Below are positions 43,300 through 56,547 of a stretch of DNA of 64,000 nt, in pieces. The notes beneath the pieces were generated by a model. That model saw only the letters and a program-made list of their open reading frames with translations. It was not told the DNA's origin and ran no database searches. Numbering within the stretch: position 1 is the first letter of the stretch; each line of letters starts with the position of its first letter. Made by a program: the position numbers and the translations under genes. The DNA comes from Bugula neritina (taxonomy: Eukaryota; Animalia; Bryozoa): assembly GCA_964035545.1 (NCBI GenBank), contig OZ037766.1, forward strand, positions 15,924,722 to 15,988,721, given 5' to 3'.

Positions 43300-44045
43300 C
43301 ATGCCTAAAAGTAAATTAGTAATACTGATACTGTATTCTGTAACATTAACATACTGATAATATATATATTTGACTAATGGTAATAGTAATTAGTAATACT
43401 AAATCTAATAGTATTAGTTATGATAATATTTATATTAATACTGGTCACAAATGGCAGTATTGCTATTTATCTTGGTAATTAACTTTATTGCATCAATTAG
43501 TCTTGCACCTATAGGCTATAATTATAAGTGCAATTATACTCCTAAAAGTTTTAATTTTACTTGAAAAACATAAAAGATTAAAGAGAAGTTGTAGTTATAT
43601 TCTGTGTTAAATAATAAATATAGTACTAAATTTAATTGGCCCTAGAGCAACACTAACAATAATTTACTCTCAGTATGGGTATGAGTAAGTAATTAGCAGT
43701 AACACTAACACGAACTCTTAGAGTAACTCAGTAACACTAACTCTAATGGTAAGTCTAACAGTAAGTTGCTGTTAGACTCAGACTGACATTTGGTAACTCT
43801 AACTGTAAAACTAAATGACGATCATCATAATAATGATTTAAATTATCAATATCTGGTCATGATTATAATTACGCTAATAGTATTACTGTATTAGTATTAC
43901 TGCATAGTGTATTACTATTAGTATTACTATTACTATTAGTATTAGTATTAGACTAATACATTTACTAATAGTAATTAGTAATTACTAATTTGTAATTACT
44001 AATTAGATTTAGTATTACTATTAGTATTACTATTAGTATTATAAA
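43300..44045. repeat. Hexamer-periodic low-complexity tracts ((TAGTAT/TACTAT/TAACAC)n) upstream of the GGCX coding region, probably in its first intron
   Basis: Visible at ~43310-43430, 43640-43810 and 43870-44045. A candidate - strand donor CAA|GTAAAT sits at ~44070. Confidence 0.65.
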
Positions 44046-44099
44046 ATTAAATATTGTCATAGCAATTTACTTGACATTAAGATAACTTAAGTTCTCAGG

Positions 44100-44660
44100 C
44101 ACGATCAGATAATAATTTGAAGAAAATTACGAGAAAATTTTTACCGATCGTTGATGAAATTAAATGTTCATTTACAAAATAATTGAGGAGGTTTATTACG
44201 AACTGAATGCTGTGTCTGATTGCTCAATGTAGAAAAAGAAAACAAAGGGGAGGAACTTGGCAATGTTTAACCAATTAGATGTGAAATTCGCAAGCTAGCA
44301 CGCCTACTTGTAACAAAAAGTAATTGGGATCGCTATCCTTTAGTTTGTTATCTGCACTCAGTTTTATCAGTTAACCAAAACTTAGGACTGGTGAAATAGT
44401 TTCGATGAGAGATTTCTGAAGCAGAGTCCAAAGCTTCGATTTAAAAACTTACTCCCAGTCTTTGAAATAGCCGGATATAATTGAAAAAGGTTTATGGGTG
44501 CAAAAGAGAAAACTCGTACTAGTTACAGCATAACATAATGATAATGATGATCTGTATTCGGAACACTAACTGAGTCATCTATATTTACTTGAGTAGCGTG
44601 TTTGTTTCACTCAATTGTACTTTGAGTTATCACTTAACAGTAACATATAATTTATGTTAC
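44100..44660. promoter_or_regulatory. Probable bidirectional promoter region GGCX/MIB1
   Basis: Lies between divergently oriented genes. Locally CpG-richer, with CCAAT at ~44271 and ATTGG at ~44323. Confidence 0.45.
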
Positions 44661-47600
44661 ATGGCCTCAGAGAGCAACCAGAACCAGAATGCTATAAATC
44701 GAGTAGCCAGAGTCAACATACTAGATGGGATTGGAAGTAGGGTAATCAGAGGACCAAATTGGAAATGGGGAAAGCAAGACGGCGGAGAAGGTCATGTTGG
44801 TACAATTAGAAATTTTGAATCTCCTGAAGAAGTTGTCGTTGTTTGGGATAACGGGACAGCTGCGAATTATAGGTGTTCTGACTATTATGATTTAAGATTA
44901 TTGGATACGTCTCCTACTGGCTTGAAGCACGATGGAACTGTTTGTGACACTTGTAGAGCTCAGCCCATTTTTGGCATTCGATGGAAATGTGCAGAGTGTG
45001 GAAATTACGATTTGTGCTCGATGTGCTATCACGCTGACAAGCACAACGTCCGACATAGGTTTTTTAGACTTAACGCGCCTGGTCAAGAAAAGAGCCTGGT
45101 TGAATCTAGGAGAAAAACTAAAAAGATTTCTTTAAGGGGTATTTATCCTGGTGCCAGAGTAGTTAGAGGTGTTGACTGGCAATGGGATGACCAAGATGGA
45201 GGTAATGGCAAACGTGGAAAAGTAACAGAAATTCAAGACTGGAGTGCTGTCAGCTTAAAAAGTGCTGCTTATGTATTATGGGACAACGGTGCTAAAAACC
45301 TTTACAGGATCGGGTTTGATGGTAGTTATTGTATTTGACTGTTGGATATTGAATTCTTTTTTTTAAGTTCTGAATTTATGCAATATCAAACTGTAAATAA
45401 GCTTCTCATTTAGGTGGTTTGTTTAACTCATAACATACTTATGGTTAAAAGGGAGGACATATATCATAGTTTTTCAAGTTGAAGTTGTATGTAAATAGGG
45501 AAATTAGATTTACAGTCATTGAAAATTTATACTATTGCTTGCTGAACAGTTACTATAAAATGATAAATATGTATATGTATATATATTGGTAAGTAGTGAT
45601 AACTGGTAATGGTCTAACTCAATGACAAAATAAAGCAGAATGTTTTTATTCATTATAATTATTCTATACACGAAAGAGTAGGAGCATTGCTGATTGCTCT
45701 GTAAATATTTTAGAAATCTAGGTGAATTTTTATTTTCACTTATTTTGCATTTTCTTCTAATTCTAAAACATCTTTACCTTTTAAATTTTTCTTTGTGTAC
45801 TGAAAGTTACTATTTTGAGTGACCGTTTTAGAGCTGAAAATTTGCTTTTATTTATAGGGATGATGGACCTGAAAGTTGTCAATGATGCTAAAGGTGGTTC
45901 TGTATACAAGGATCATCTTCCATTGCTGGGACAACATAACTCAGAACTCAAAACCCCCAGTGTATCTTATCAAGTGGGTGATCAGGTATGAACAAGGACT
46001 TGTATTGCTACATAGACCTAATTATAAGGACATATATTTATTTTTTGAGTTTATCTAAACTGACAAAATAGTATTCCTAACATTTTGGAAGAACTGCTTT
46101 CAATTCTGTATACTATCAAATAGAAATAAGTGTAACCTTTGATCAAGGCAAGGTAATTATTGTCATAGGTAGGTGAGCCGATTTTTCAAGTAGTGCAAGT
46201 ATTCACTAAACCATAGCAAAAGATTACCAAGAACCTAGGTTTCATTGTAAAGTTTAGTAAATGTTTCTTTAATTAAGCGATTATAATTAGTATTAACAAG
46301 AAATAGCAGGTATTGATAAGTTGCAAGCAGTAGAGAATATGTATTAAGTTACTGCTGGTGTTGGTCTACAAGTAAGTAACTTGATACAAAACTAAAAACT
46401 TGTACAAGACTATAGTCATAATAAAGGGGAGGGGTGTCAAAGGAGAGTATCTGTTTTAACCTAAAGCCAAAGCTGCTAGTAAGCAAAAGATTTTTGTGAA
46501 AAAATAATTATTCATGTCAAGGCAGCATAAGCAATCGGCTATTTATTGGCTACATTGTATACATAATAATTTACTAAAACTAGTTCATCAACTAGAAATA
46601 CTGGTGGGTCAACTCTGTAGATGGTTTTGTATTATCTGATAGCAATTGAAAGTCTCACTTTTGAAGCAGTTACAACTAATTGTGTCTACAAGTAATAACA
46701 TGTGGAAAGTTAGAAGCATGCAAGTGTAAATGACAATTTTAAATTATAGGCAACCATACATATTCTTGATTTTTGTTGTGTTTTTCATAAATTGACTTAA
46801 ATTATGCGGTAAACATTCATAATCCCACTTTAAAATGTTGATAAAGGCTTTTCTAACAATATTATAATGGCCTATTTTTTGTCGACTTAAGTTTGGTTTA
46901 ATAAAATGATACATTTATAACTTTATTGTATATAAAATAGATCTAACATTTTAAAGTATAATTTAGGCCTACATTGTTAGAGAGGTGAGCAGTTGAAGAA
47001 ATTTTAAATGCTAAGTAAGTTGAATTGTGCTGTGATACAAGCAGGAAAAATCGAAAATAAAACATGCTATTAGAAATATGTTCATCATATTATTTTACAT
47101 TAACCAGGAAATATATTTTGATAAAATTGGCAAAAGATCAAAAGGAATAAATTAATATAAACTGGTTAATATTTATTAAATGATATCGTGTGAAGGTTGG
47201 TGTGAAGATAGTCAATACGGTGGTATTTAATAATCAGCTTTACTATTAAAAATAAGGTCAGCTTTTCTAGTGAAGTAATGCTAGTTCAACACTGCAAATA
47301 TCTTATTTCATTTTTTATTAGAAAAGCTTGAATTTACTGATTCTAGTTAACACAATTCCATTACATGGTGTATAATAATATTTGACAACATAGAGTGAAG
47401 AAAATTCCCTAAAATTTAGGGAATAGTGGTGGTTTAGTGGTTAGTGGTTCTGGCCTATTAAATACTAGGTCATGGGTTCAAATCCCGTCAGGTGATGTCA
47501 GAAAGAACACTGCGACTATTTCTGTTCAACAAGTAGAACCTCTAACTATGTTGCCAGCATGGTGAGAGGTACGGCTCCTAATCCACTGGGAAGCCTACCA

Positions 47601-50600
47601 CACAAGAATGTGGAAATTATTCCAACAATACAGAGTAAAATCAGTCAATTTTAAGCATTTTAAGACAAAAGGAAGATCTAGAAGAATGTCTATAATATCG
47701 AATCTAATTCTATTGTTGCAGGTTTGCATAGATTTAGAGTTAGAGATTGTTCAGTCACTTCAACATGGCCATGGTGGATGGACAGATGGGATGTATGAGT
47801 GTCTCAACGCCAATGGAACTGTGGTTGGTATAGACGAGGATCATGATGTGGTAGTCTCTTACCCCAGTGGTAACAGGTGAAACCCTTCAATTAATGGTTG
47901 CAGTTGTGAAAGTGAAAAGACTCTATCTTGTCTTTATTAGGGTAGTACTAGGGTTTTTGCTACACTGAAGACGCTATGGGCACAATTCTTCATTGTCTAA
48001 CAATTATATAATGCCAATCGTTGCCTTTAGCTATAATACACTTTTTTGATAAAAAATCCGTAGTTATATTCATAAGAAATTTCCATATCAAATGCTATGT
48101 CTGCTATTTTTTATTCAACTTAATCTAATAGACAGAGCAATTTTGGTTTCAGAAGGAGGTTTAAGTGGTAATAAAAAATCAAGTCTGTTTATGCTTCTGA
48201 TGAGTTCCCACACATTTAAATCCAACTCACAAAATTTTAGTTTCTTCTGCAAGTTATAATTCAATATCCACTGACTTCAAATTGAAGTTATTCTTCTTAT
48301 TATACTTTAGTGTTGGAGTATTCACCAATTTTCGTAATGGAAATGTTGCAAATGTCATGTTTTTTTAATTGAGAACAGATTATTTAGGAAAAACTTAAAA
48401 ATTCTAATATTTAGACCTGTGCTGCAGGGATTTATCTTACTTGAGTTTCAATTCAACTGTTGATAATATTATTTAAATAAGCTTGGCATGACTTCATACC
48501 TCTGATGACTCATGTAGCTGTATATCTGTAATGACTCATGTAGCTGTATATCTCTAATGACTCATGTAGATGTATACCTTTAATGACTCATGTAGCTGTA
48601 TATCTGTAATGACTCATGTAGCTGTATATCTCTGATGACTCATGTAGCTGTATACCTTTGATGACTCATGTAGCTGCATACCTCTGATGACCCATGCAGC
48701 TGTATATCTGTAATGACTCATGTAGCTGTATATCTCTGATGACTCATGCAGATGTATACCTTTGATGACTCATGTAGTTGTATACCTCTGATGACTCATG
48801 TAGCTGTATACCTCTGATGACTCATGCAGATGTATACCTTTGATGACTCATGTAGCTGTATACCTCTGATGACTCATGTAGCTGTATACCTTTGATGACT
48901 CATGTAGCTGCATACCTCTGATGACTCATACAGCTGTACATATGTTATGAGTCATGTAGCTATATATTTTCAGGTGGACGTTTAATCCTGCGGTCCTGAC
49001 TAAAGTACAGATTTTGACACATTCTTCCAGTGGTGGTGCAATTGGGGGCGTGGGAATTAATTCTGGAGGAGATAATTCTAACAATGTATTCAGTGTTGGT
49101 GATATGGTGCAGATATTGAACGATGTGGACAGAGTAAAGCAGCTTCAACGAGGTTTGACTACCAACAGGCTGAAATAGCATATTTATTTAATTTCACTTG
49201 TTCAGATTTCACTGCTTTCTCTGGTAATTTTTTTTCTGAAAATTTGACTATTCAGACCATAAAGACCTTTAACTGTTTAACATTATTTCACAACTTAAAA
49301 ACCGAAATGTTTTTGTCAAGTATGCAAGTATGCATTATATACTTCAAATTCCAGTTACTATAATTAATTGAGAACCCAACTAAATTAACTAAGGCTAAAA
49401 TTATTTCGCAAGTATAGCTAGTGGTTATAAGATATATTGGCAATAAATTAAATATATATGATAGTTTATCTGAGTTTTAAAACTTTACGATTTTAATGCT
49501 GTTTGTGATATTCTGTGTCGGTTGATATGTGAAATAGCGTGAATCAACTTCTAGTCACAAGTCATAGTAATTCACTTCTGTTCAACATGATTCGCATGTC
49601 ATAATCTCATAAATCAAATTAATTTGAGGTTGGGTTATATCAACCATAACTCGTTTAGCATACAACACTTTATGTAAAGGTCCTGTGGCATACAGCATTA
49701 GAATAAAGTTTTATAGACTTTGTAAACTTATAATGAAAACAATAACATACAATTTACTGATATGTTTAGTCGACATAATCAATCAATATTAACTTAAAGC
49801 AAAATGCTAGAGTGTTTAACTGCACAATACACACTATAATGTAGTATGCTATTAAGGTGAACGCTGTTAGTCCAAGTCTTAGCTCATTTAGTATTGACAT
49901 TGTCGAAGCCCCATTGAGATGAGCATGAAAATAAAACTTGCTGTGCTAGCTAGCTTATTCATGGCAGGAAATATATCTCAGTTTAGTGTATTAATGTTCC
50001 TGAAGCTAACAGGGTGTAGAAGCAACAGAATGTATTTTGAGTGACTGCTGTATCTACTTGCACAGGTCATGGTGAATGGGCTGAAGCTATGTCACCGACT
50101 CTAGGGAAGATAGGGGTAGTCAAACAGATATACCATGATAACGATTTGAAGATTGACGTCTGCGATACTTCCTGGACTTACAACCCTTTAGCGGTAATCA
50201 AGATGTCTGCCGGTAGTGAAACGGCCGCCTCTACTTCCGCTAATGAAGCAGCAAATGATGGAGAAAAGCTCAATGCTTTGCTGAAGAAGTTGTTTGAGAC
50301 TAACGTGTCTGGTAAGTGGCTATATTGTATTTACCTGTCAGGTTGATACGTAGCAGCAAATAACACTGAATCTTATTTTTATTAATTGCATGTTATATGC
50401 TTTTCAAGTATTGAAATGAAACTTTCAAATTAATTATGGATAAAATGTGGCACCGGAAAATTTGTAATTTTAAAAGTCTATATTGTTTCTTCGTGGTGTG
50501 CATCTTGCAGTATGCAGTCGTTTGTTACTGGTTTGTTGTGGTTAGAGCGTCAATGTGTTTCACAGGAGATATCAATGAAGAGCTGGTAAAAGCTGCAGCT

Positions 50601-53600
50601 AACGGAGATGTGGCGAAAGTTGAAGAACTGATTCAGACTAAGGAAGCTGATCCTAACGGCGTGTTTGTTGGTCACACAGCTCTGCAGGCAGCTGCTCAGA
50701 ATGGACATGCAGAGGTGTGTCTGCTCCTGGGAATTTCATAGTGTTTTATGAGTTTTCTTGTTTGTTCAGTGTGTTCTACAGCGATAAGCATTGCGTGGAT
50801 ATATTACACAATTGTTGTCCGAAACTTTCCAGTATAATTTGACGACTTAAGTTTTCAGTTTATTGGCCATTTACTTGGCTATTAACACTTGTTGCAGCAC
50901 CCTTAACCATACATTTGCGTTGCAGGTGGTGAGAGTTTTGGTTCGTAATGGCTGTGACTTGGAAATAGAAGACAAGGATGGGGACCGGGCAATACACCAC
51001 TCAGCATTTGGAGATGAGTCGGGGGTTATAGAACAGCTGCATGCTGGAGGAGCGGATCTCAATGCTAGAAACAAGAGAAGACAAACCCCACTTCACATTG
51101 GAGTAAACAAAGGTTAGCCGATCCCATTCATTCTTCAATCATTAGTTAATGTAGCCAATAAGGTTCTTGGAAAAAGCAGTTTAGAGTAATTGTCTTATCC
51201 AAGTTAAGCTCATCCACTTGTTTGATTAGCTTACATGAAATGATAGCACATATTGGATAACAAGTCAGTAGATGCCTATACATGATTGCATGTATAGGTA
51301 TAGTATATGCAGGTCTTAGCTTACATAGGTTTATAGCCACCACCCCTGTGAGAACCCCTGACGGAAAGGGGGTTTCTATTGCGTCAAAGGAGCAATTATC
51401 ACTGAATGCCCTTCTTAACATCACTGATATTCAAAGGGCTGACCTTGTGTAAGCCAGAGCTCTAACTTTTAAACCACATCTTATTATATACACATCATAG
51501 TATATATTTATCTGATTTTCTAATGTTTAGGTCACATGTCAGTAGTCAAGACTCTGCTAGAAGTTGGATGTCATCCCAGTCTACAGGATGCTGAAGGGGA
51601 CACGCCCCTTCACGATACAATCAGTAAGAAGAGAGACGACATGCTTTCTGTTCTTCTCGATTACAACGCAGATGTGACTATTACAAATAATAATGGATTC
51701 AATGCCATTCATCATGCAGCACTGCGAGGTCAGTTTGTTCTCCATCAATTAGCTAGCTTGCATATCAGTAAGGCATCAGTTTATTCTCTTTTATTTGTAA
51801 GGAATAACTACACGCTATAATATAAAATATCAGCTTTAATTTATAAGTTTAGAAGTCATGCTCAATCCTCCCTTTATTGCCTTACAACTGAATGTTACTC
51901 TCATAGAATAAGTTTTAATGGCCGCCACGTATTTTCGGAGATTTAACTGTCATCTTGTTATTGTGCTAGGTAATCCTTCAGCCATGAGGACCATACTAAC
52001 CAAATGTACAAGGAAGTGGGTGGTAAATGAGAAAAAGGATGATGGCTATACCGCCCTCCATTTAGCATCACTAAATAACCATGTGGAGGTAAATTTAAGC
52101 ACTGTCCCCTCTAGTACATTCGATAATGCGTCTGGAGTCATCTAAAGTTATGTGTTTACAAACAAATTAAATCATTATAATCAGGTGATGAGTATACTGA
52201 TCTAAGTGGAGTTATACTATACTAAGTTGTACTGCAAATAGTGTTAAGGTATCTGCGAGTCGAGCAATATCTATTAGGAGTTGTCTTACGTATATAGGAT
52301 GTTTGTAGGTTGCCGATCTCTTGGTGAAAATTGGGGAGGCAAATGTAAATGTGCAGAATATAAACTTACAGACCCCTCTTCACCTTGCTGTAGAGAGACT
52401 CCACACACAGATAGTCAGGTAAATATCTCACACACAGATAGTCAGGTAGATATCTCATACATACAGATAGTCAGGTAACTGTCTCACACACAGATAGTCA
52501 GGTAGATATCTCACACACAGATAGTCAGGTAAATATCTCATACAGATAGTCAGGTAAATATCTCACACACAGATAGTCAGGTGAATATCTCATGCATACA
52601 GGTAGTCAGGTAAATATCTCACATACAGATAGTCAGGTAAATATCTCATGCACACAGATAGTCAGGTAAATATCTCACACACAGATAGTCAGGTAACTGT
52701 CTCACAAACAGATAATCAGATAACTGTCTCACAAACAGATAGTCAGGTAAATATCCCACACACAGATAGTCAGGTAAATATCTCACACACAGATAGTCAG
52801 GTAAATATCTCATGCATACAGATAGTCAGGTAACTGTCTTATGCATACAGGTAGTCAGGTAAATATCTCATGCATACAGATAGTCAGGTAAATATCTCAC
52901 ACTCAGATAGTCAGGTAGATATCTCATGCATACAGGTAGTCAGGTAAATATCTCATGCATACAGATAGTCAGGTAACTGTCTCACACACAGATAGTCAGG
53001 TAGATATCTCACACACAGATAGTCAGGTAAATATCTAATACAGATAGTCAGGTAAATATCTCACACACAGATAGTCAGGTGAATATCTCATGCATACAGG
53101 TAGTCAGGTAAATATCTCACATACAGATAGTCAGGTAAATATCTCATGCACACAGATAGTCAGGTAAATATCTCACACACAGATAGTCAGGTAAATATCT
53201 CACACACAGATAGTCAGGTAACTGTCTCACAAACAGATAATCAGGTAACTGTCTCACAAACAGATAGTCAGGTAAATATCCCACACACAGATAGTCAGGT
53301 AAATATCTCACACACAGATAGTCAGGTAAATATCTCATGCATACAGATAGTCAGGTAACTGTCTTATGCATACAGGTAGTCAGGTAAATATCTCATGCAT
53401 ACAGATAGTCAGGTAAATATCTCACACTCAGATAGTCAGGTAGATATCTCATGCATACAGGTAGTCAGGTAAATATCTCATGCATACAGGTAGTCAGGTA
53501 ACTGTCTCACACACAGATAGTCAGGTAGATATCTCACACACAGAGAGTCAGGTAACTGTCTCACAAACAGATAGTCAGGTAAATATCTGACTCACAGATA

Positions 53601-56547
53601 GTTAGGTAGATATCTCATGCATACAGATAGTCAGGTAACTGTCTCACAAACAGATAGTCAGGTAACTGTCTCACACACAGATAGTCAGGTAAATATCTCA
53701 TGCACAGATAGTCACGTAAATATCTCATGCACACAGATAGTCAGGTAAATATCTCATGCATACAGATAGTCAGGTAAATATCTCACACACAGATAGTCAG
53801 GTAAATATCTCACACACAGATAGTCAGGTAAAATGTTTTATAAGTATGTTACATACGAAGACAATTAGGTAAATCTGTTATATATACAGGTGATAAAGTA
53901 AAATATTGTAAACTTGTAACTGAAAGTTATGGTTAAATTTGGATGTAGATCATAGCCCATGTGTTTTACACCATAGTATTTACAATTATTTATTTATTTG
54001 CTAATTTTATTTACAATTAATAATTGCGTGCATAAATCACTTATTTGGCTTTGCTACTCGTGCAACATTATCATTTCAGGAAGTAGATGATAAAATGTAT
54101 TAATGAAGTTGGCTTTTTAGTGATACTAACGTTGTGGAACTGTAGCATATCTACTTCTCAGCATGAGTTAGCAATCCTACCCTACATTAACATTTTCCAG
54201 TGTTTTTTTAAGTTCATTCGCTGGGGAGCTATACTTGTATAATAATGTATAAATTGTAATTATTTTTGATAAAGATATGTGTTTTTGTAATAGATACTTG
54301 TATATATTCAAAATACACTAAATGTTGCCCTCATACTGCCAACAGGTTGCTAGTGAAAAAGAAAGCCAATCTGAACATAGCAGATAAAGATGGTGACACA
54401 CCACTGCATGAAGCCCTCCGGAACCATACATTATCTCAACTTAGACAACTACAAGACCTCCAGGATATTGGCAGGGTAATCACTATCACAAGTATACGTA
54501 TTGTGTGTGTGCAGTGTGAATGAGGGTATGGGGAGAGATGTGGTGTATGGTATACTGAAATATTCAGGTAAACTATGACTAACTTGTGTTTAGTGCTCTT
54601 TTTCCAACCAAGTAGCTATTCATTATTGTTTTATTGCTTGAAGCAATTATGGAGTGTAATGAGGGGATACATATATATCATACTTATATGTATGTTTTTA
54701 TAGCTGCATTTGAAATTCAATTTTCCAACTCTTTTGAGTTCTATTCATGATTAAGTGTTACCTATTACTAAATACTAGATTTTATTGTTTGAAATTTTTG
54801 CATTAGTACAGGCAGTATTTAATTTTTTTGTATGAGATATCATATAAATTTTGTAAAGTGAAATGAAGCTTGTAAGAATTTTATTTTGTGAAAGACACAT
54901 TGGCCTAAACACTCAAGCCAAACTTGAGTCGATTCTACATTCTATCTAATGTGTGTTGGTAGTCACTTTTGCTGCTACTGCAGATTGGATTGAGCTTACA
55001 AGGGCCAGAAAAGAGATCTTCGAGTGGCTCTATTGCTTGCTTTCTGGCCGCTAATGGGGCTGACCTAAACCTAAAGAACAAGAAGGACCAAACACCCCTA
55101 GACTTGTGTCCTGATCCTAATCTTTGCAAAGCCTTAGCCAAATGTTTTACTGATAGGAAGAGGTACCACGAAGCACTCTAATATAAATCTAGTTTCTTAT
55201 TGTTATTTCCTGATCAACTGTAGCACACATGTGTATACTAATGACTAACTAATACGCTTGTTGATGTTTCAGTCCAGTGATGTCTAACACCATGCCAGTC
55301 TTCTCCTCATCTTCAGAGAGCAATGACTCACTCAACGAGTGCATTGTCTGCTCTGACGCCAAGAGAGACACTCTGTTTTCACCCTGCGGTCATGTGACCA
55401 CCTGCTCTCAATGTGCTCCGAGAGTCAAGAAGTGTTTCATCTGCAAGCAGTCAGTGCAGAGCCGCTCTCTAATAGAGGAGTGCATCGTTTGCTCTGAGCG
55501 ATTAGCCAACTGTCTGTTTAAGGTGTGTGTTAGTCTGTCTGTTAGTCTGTCAGTATGTGGAGGTCAGTATCCATTTGTTAACCAATCGCAGCAGTTTCGT
55601 TTTTGTGTAGTTGTCATACAGTTTTTCTGTTGATTCTCTTTGCTGTGAGATGATGTGTGAAATTGTTGCGCCTTATCCCAATTGAGATTATTTCTGTGTT
55701 TTCAAATTGTTTTGCTCAATATCCATAACCTTTTTCAGCCATGTGGTCACATGTGTGCATGTGACGGGTGTGCCAGGCTCATGAAGAAATGCGTTCAGTG
55801 CAGAGAGACCATAGCAGAGACCGTACCATTTATAGTGTGTTGCGGCGGTGATGAAGCCCCTCAATCTCAAGCAAATAACAAATCTGTAGGAAGTCAGGTT
55901 ATGAACAATGGAAGAAAGCACAAGGTAAGTCAATTTAACAAGTTTTAAATAATTTTTTAAATCATCATCTCAGTAATCACTGTCTTATCATTAATAACAT
56001 GCTAGTTAACTTTTTCATCAGCATGTGAGATTATTTTGCCTTCTGTGCAGTTTTTATATTGCATCTATATAATGGATCTGTATAGGTTGTGTAAATTAAA
56101 GCATCTAGTAGCATTGACAGAATATATCTGTTTGGTTTTAATTTTATTATGAAGATCTACAACCAAATAGCTGGTCTTACAACATCTGGTTTTCAAAATG
56201 CATTTCTCCTCTGTTTCATAACATTATATGAAACAGAGCAAGTTGTAATGTTCTTTCACATGTTGCTACTGGGGTAGCTTGATGATCACGACTGTCGTAC
56301 TTTACAGGTCATCAACAGTGACAATGTGTTTCTAAATGAGAATGAAACTGAAGTCACACACAATATTTTGAAATTGACCCAACAATTGAATGATATAAAA
56401 GAGCACACAAGCTGCCCAGTCTGTATGGATAGAATGAAGAATATGGCATTTATGTGTGGCCATGCCACTTGCCAACTGTGTGGTGACAGGTTGACTGAGT
56501 GCCCTATATGTAGAAAACCAGTAGAAAAACGCGTATTGCTTTACTAG
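44661..56547 (+). CDS. MIB1: E3 ubiquitin ligase mind bomb 1 (MIB-HERC2/ZZ, MIB repeats, ankyrins, 3 RINGs)
   Basis: Approximate exons: 44661-45321 ([21 protein letters not shown]; ZZ finger), 45858-45985, 47722-47876, 48974-49152, 50066-50311, 50565-50714, 50926-51112, 51531-51728, 51970-52088, 52309-52418 (..[13 protein letters not shown]), 54346-54475, 54984-55161, ~55272-55521, 55739-55924, 56308-56547 ([25 protein letters not shown] stop). Confidence 0.97.
47426..47610 (+). mobile_element. tRNA-derived SINE
   Basis: Pol III A-box (TGGTTTAGTGG) and B-box (GGTTCAAATCC), followed by GTGATGTCAGAAAG.. body. No tRNA acceptor stem closes. Confidence 0.7.
48495..48962 (+). repeat. 26-bp minisatellite (TGATGACTCATGTAGCTGTATACCTC) x ~18 ending at a mib1 3' splice site
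   Basis: The last unit runs into TATATATTTTCAG|G TGG ACG TTT AAT (exon start 48974). Confidence 0.92.
51335..51480 (-). mobile_element. Diverged second copy of the tRNA-derived SINE
   Basis: The reverse complement GTGGTTTAAAAGTTAGAGCTCTGGCTTA..AAGGTCA..CAGTGATGTTAAGAAGGGCATTC..TAGAAACC aligns by eye with the 47426 element. Confidence 0.55.
52402..53831 (+). repeat. ~52-copy 25-29-bp minisatellite formed from a mib1 exon end + 5' splice site (CACACACAGATAGTCAG|GTAAATATCT)
   Basis: Unit 1 is the true coding end (H-T-Q-I-V-R, conserved in MIB1) plus the donor. Copies were counted by eye. A ~500-bp higher-order duplication is marked by the rare GTGAAT variant at 52581 and 53079. Confidence 0.95.

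Noticed and set aside
47426-47495. tRNA gene
   Set aside because: A and B boxes are present but no cloverleaf or acceptor stem forms. It continues into a body shared with a second copy, so a SINE fits better.
52402-53831. CRISPR-like array, or coding repeat protein 'HTDSQVNIS'
   Set aside because: Units are contiguous with no unique spacers, no cas genes are present, and the context is a eukaryotic intron. The ORFs are off-frame translations of the repeat.
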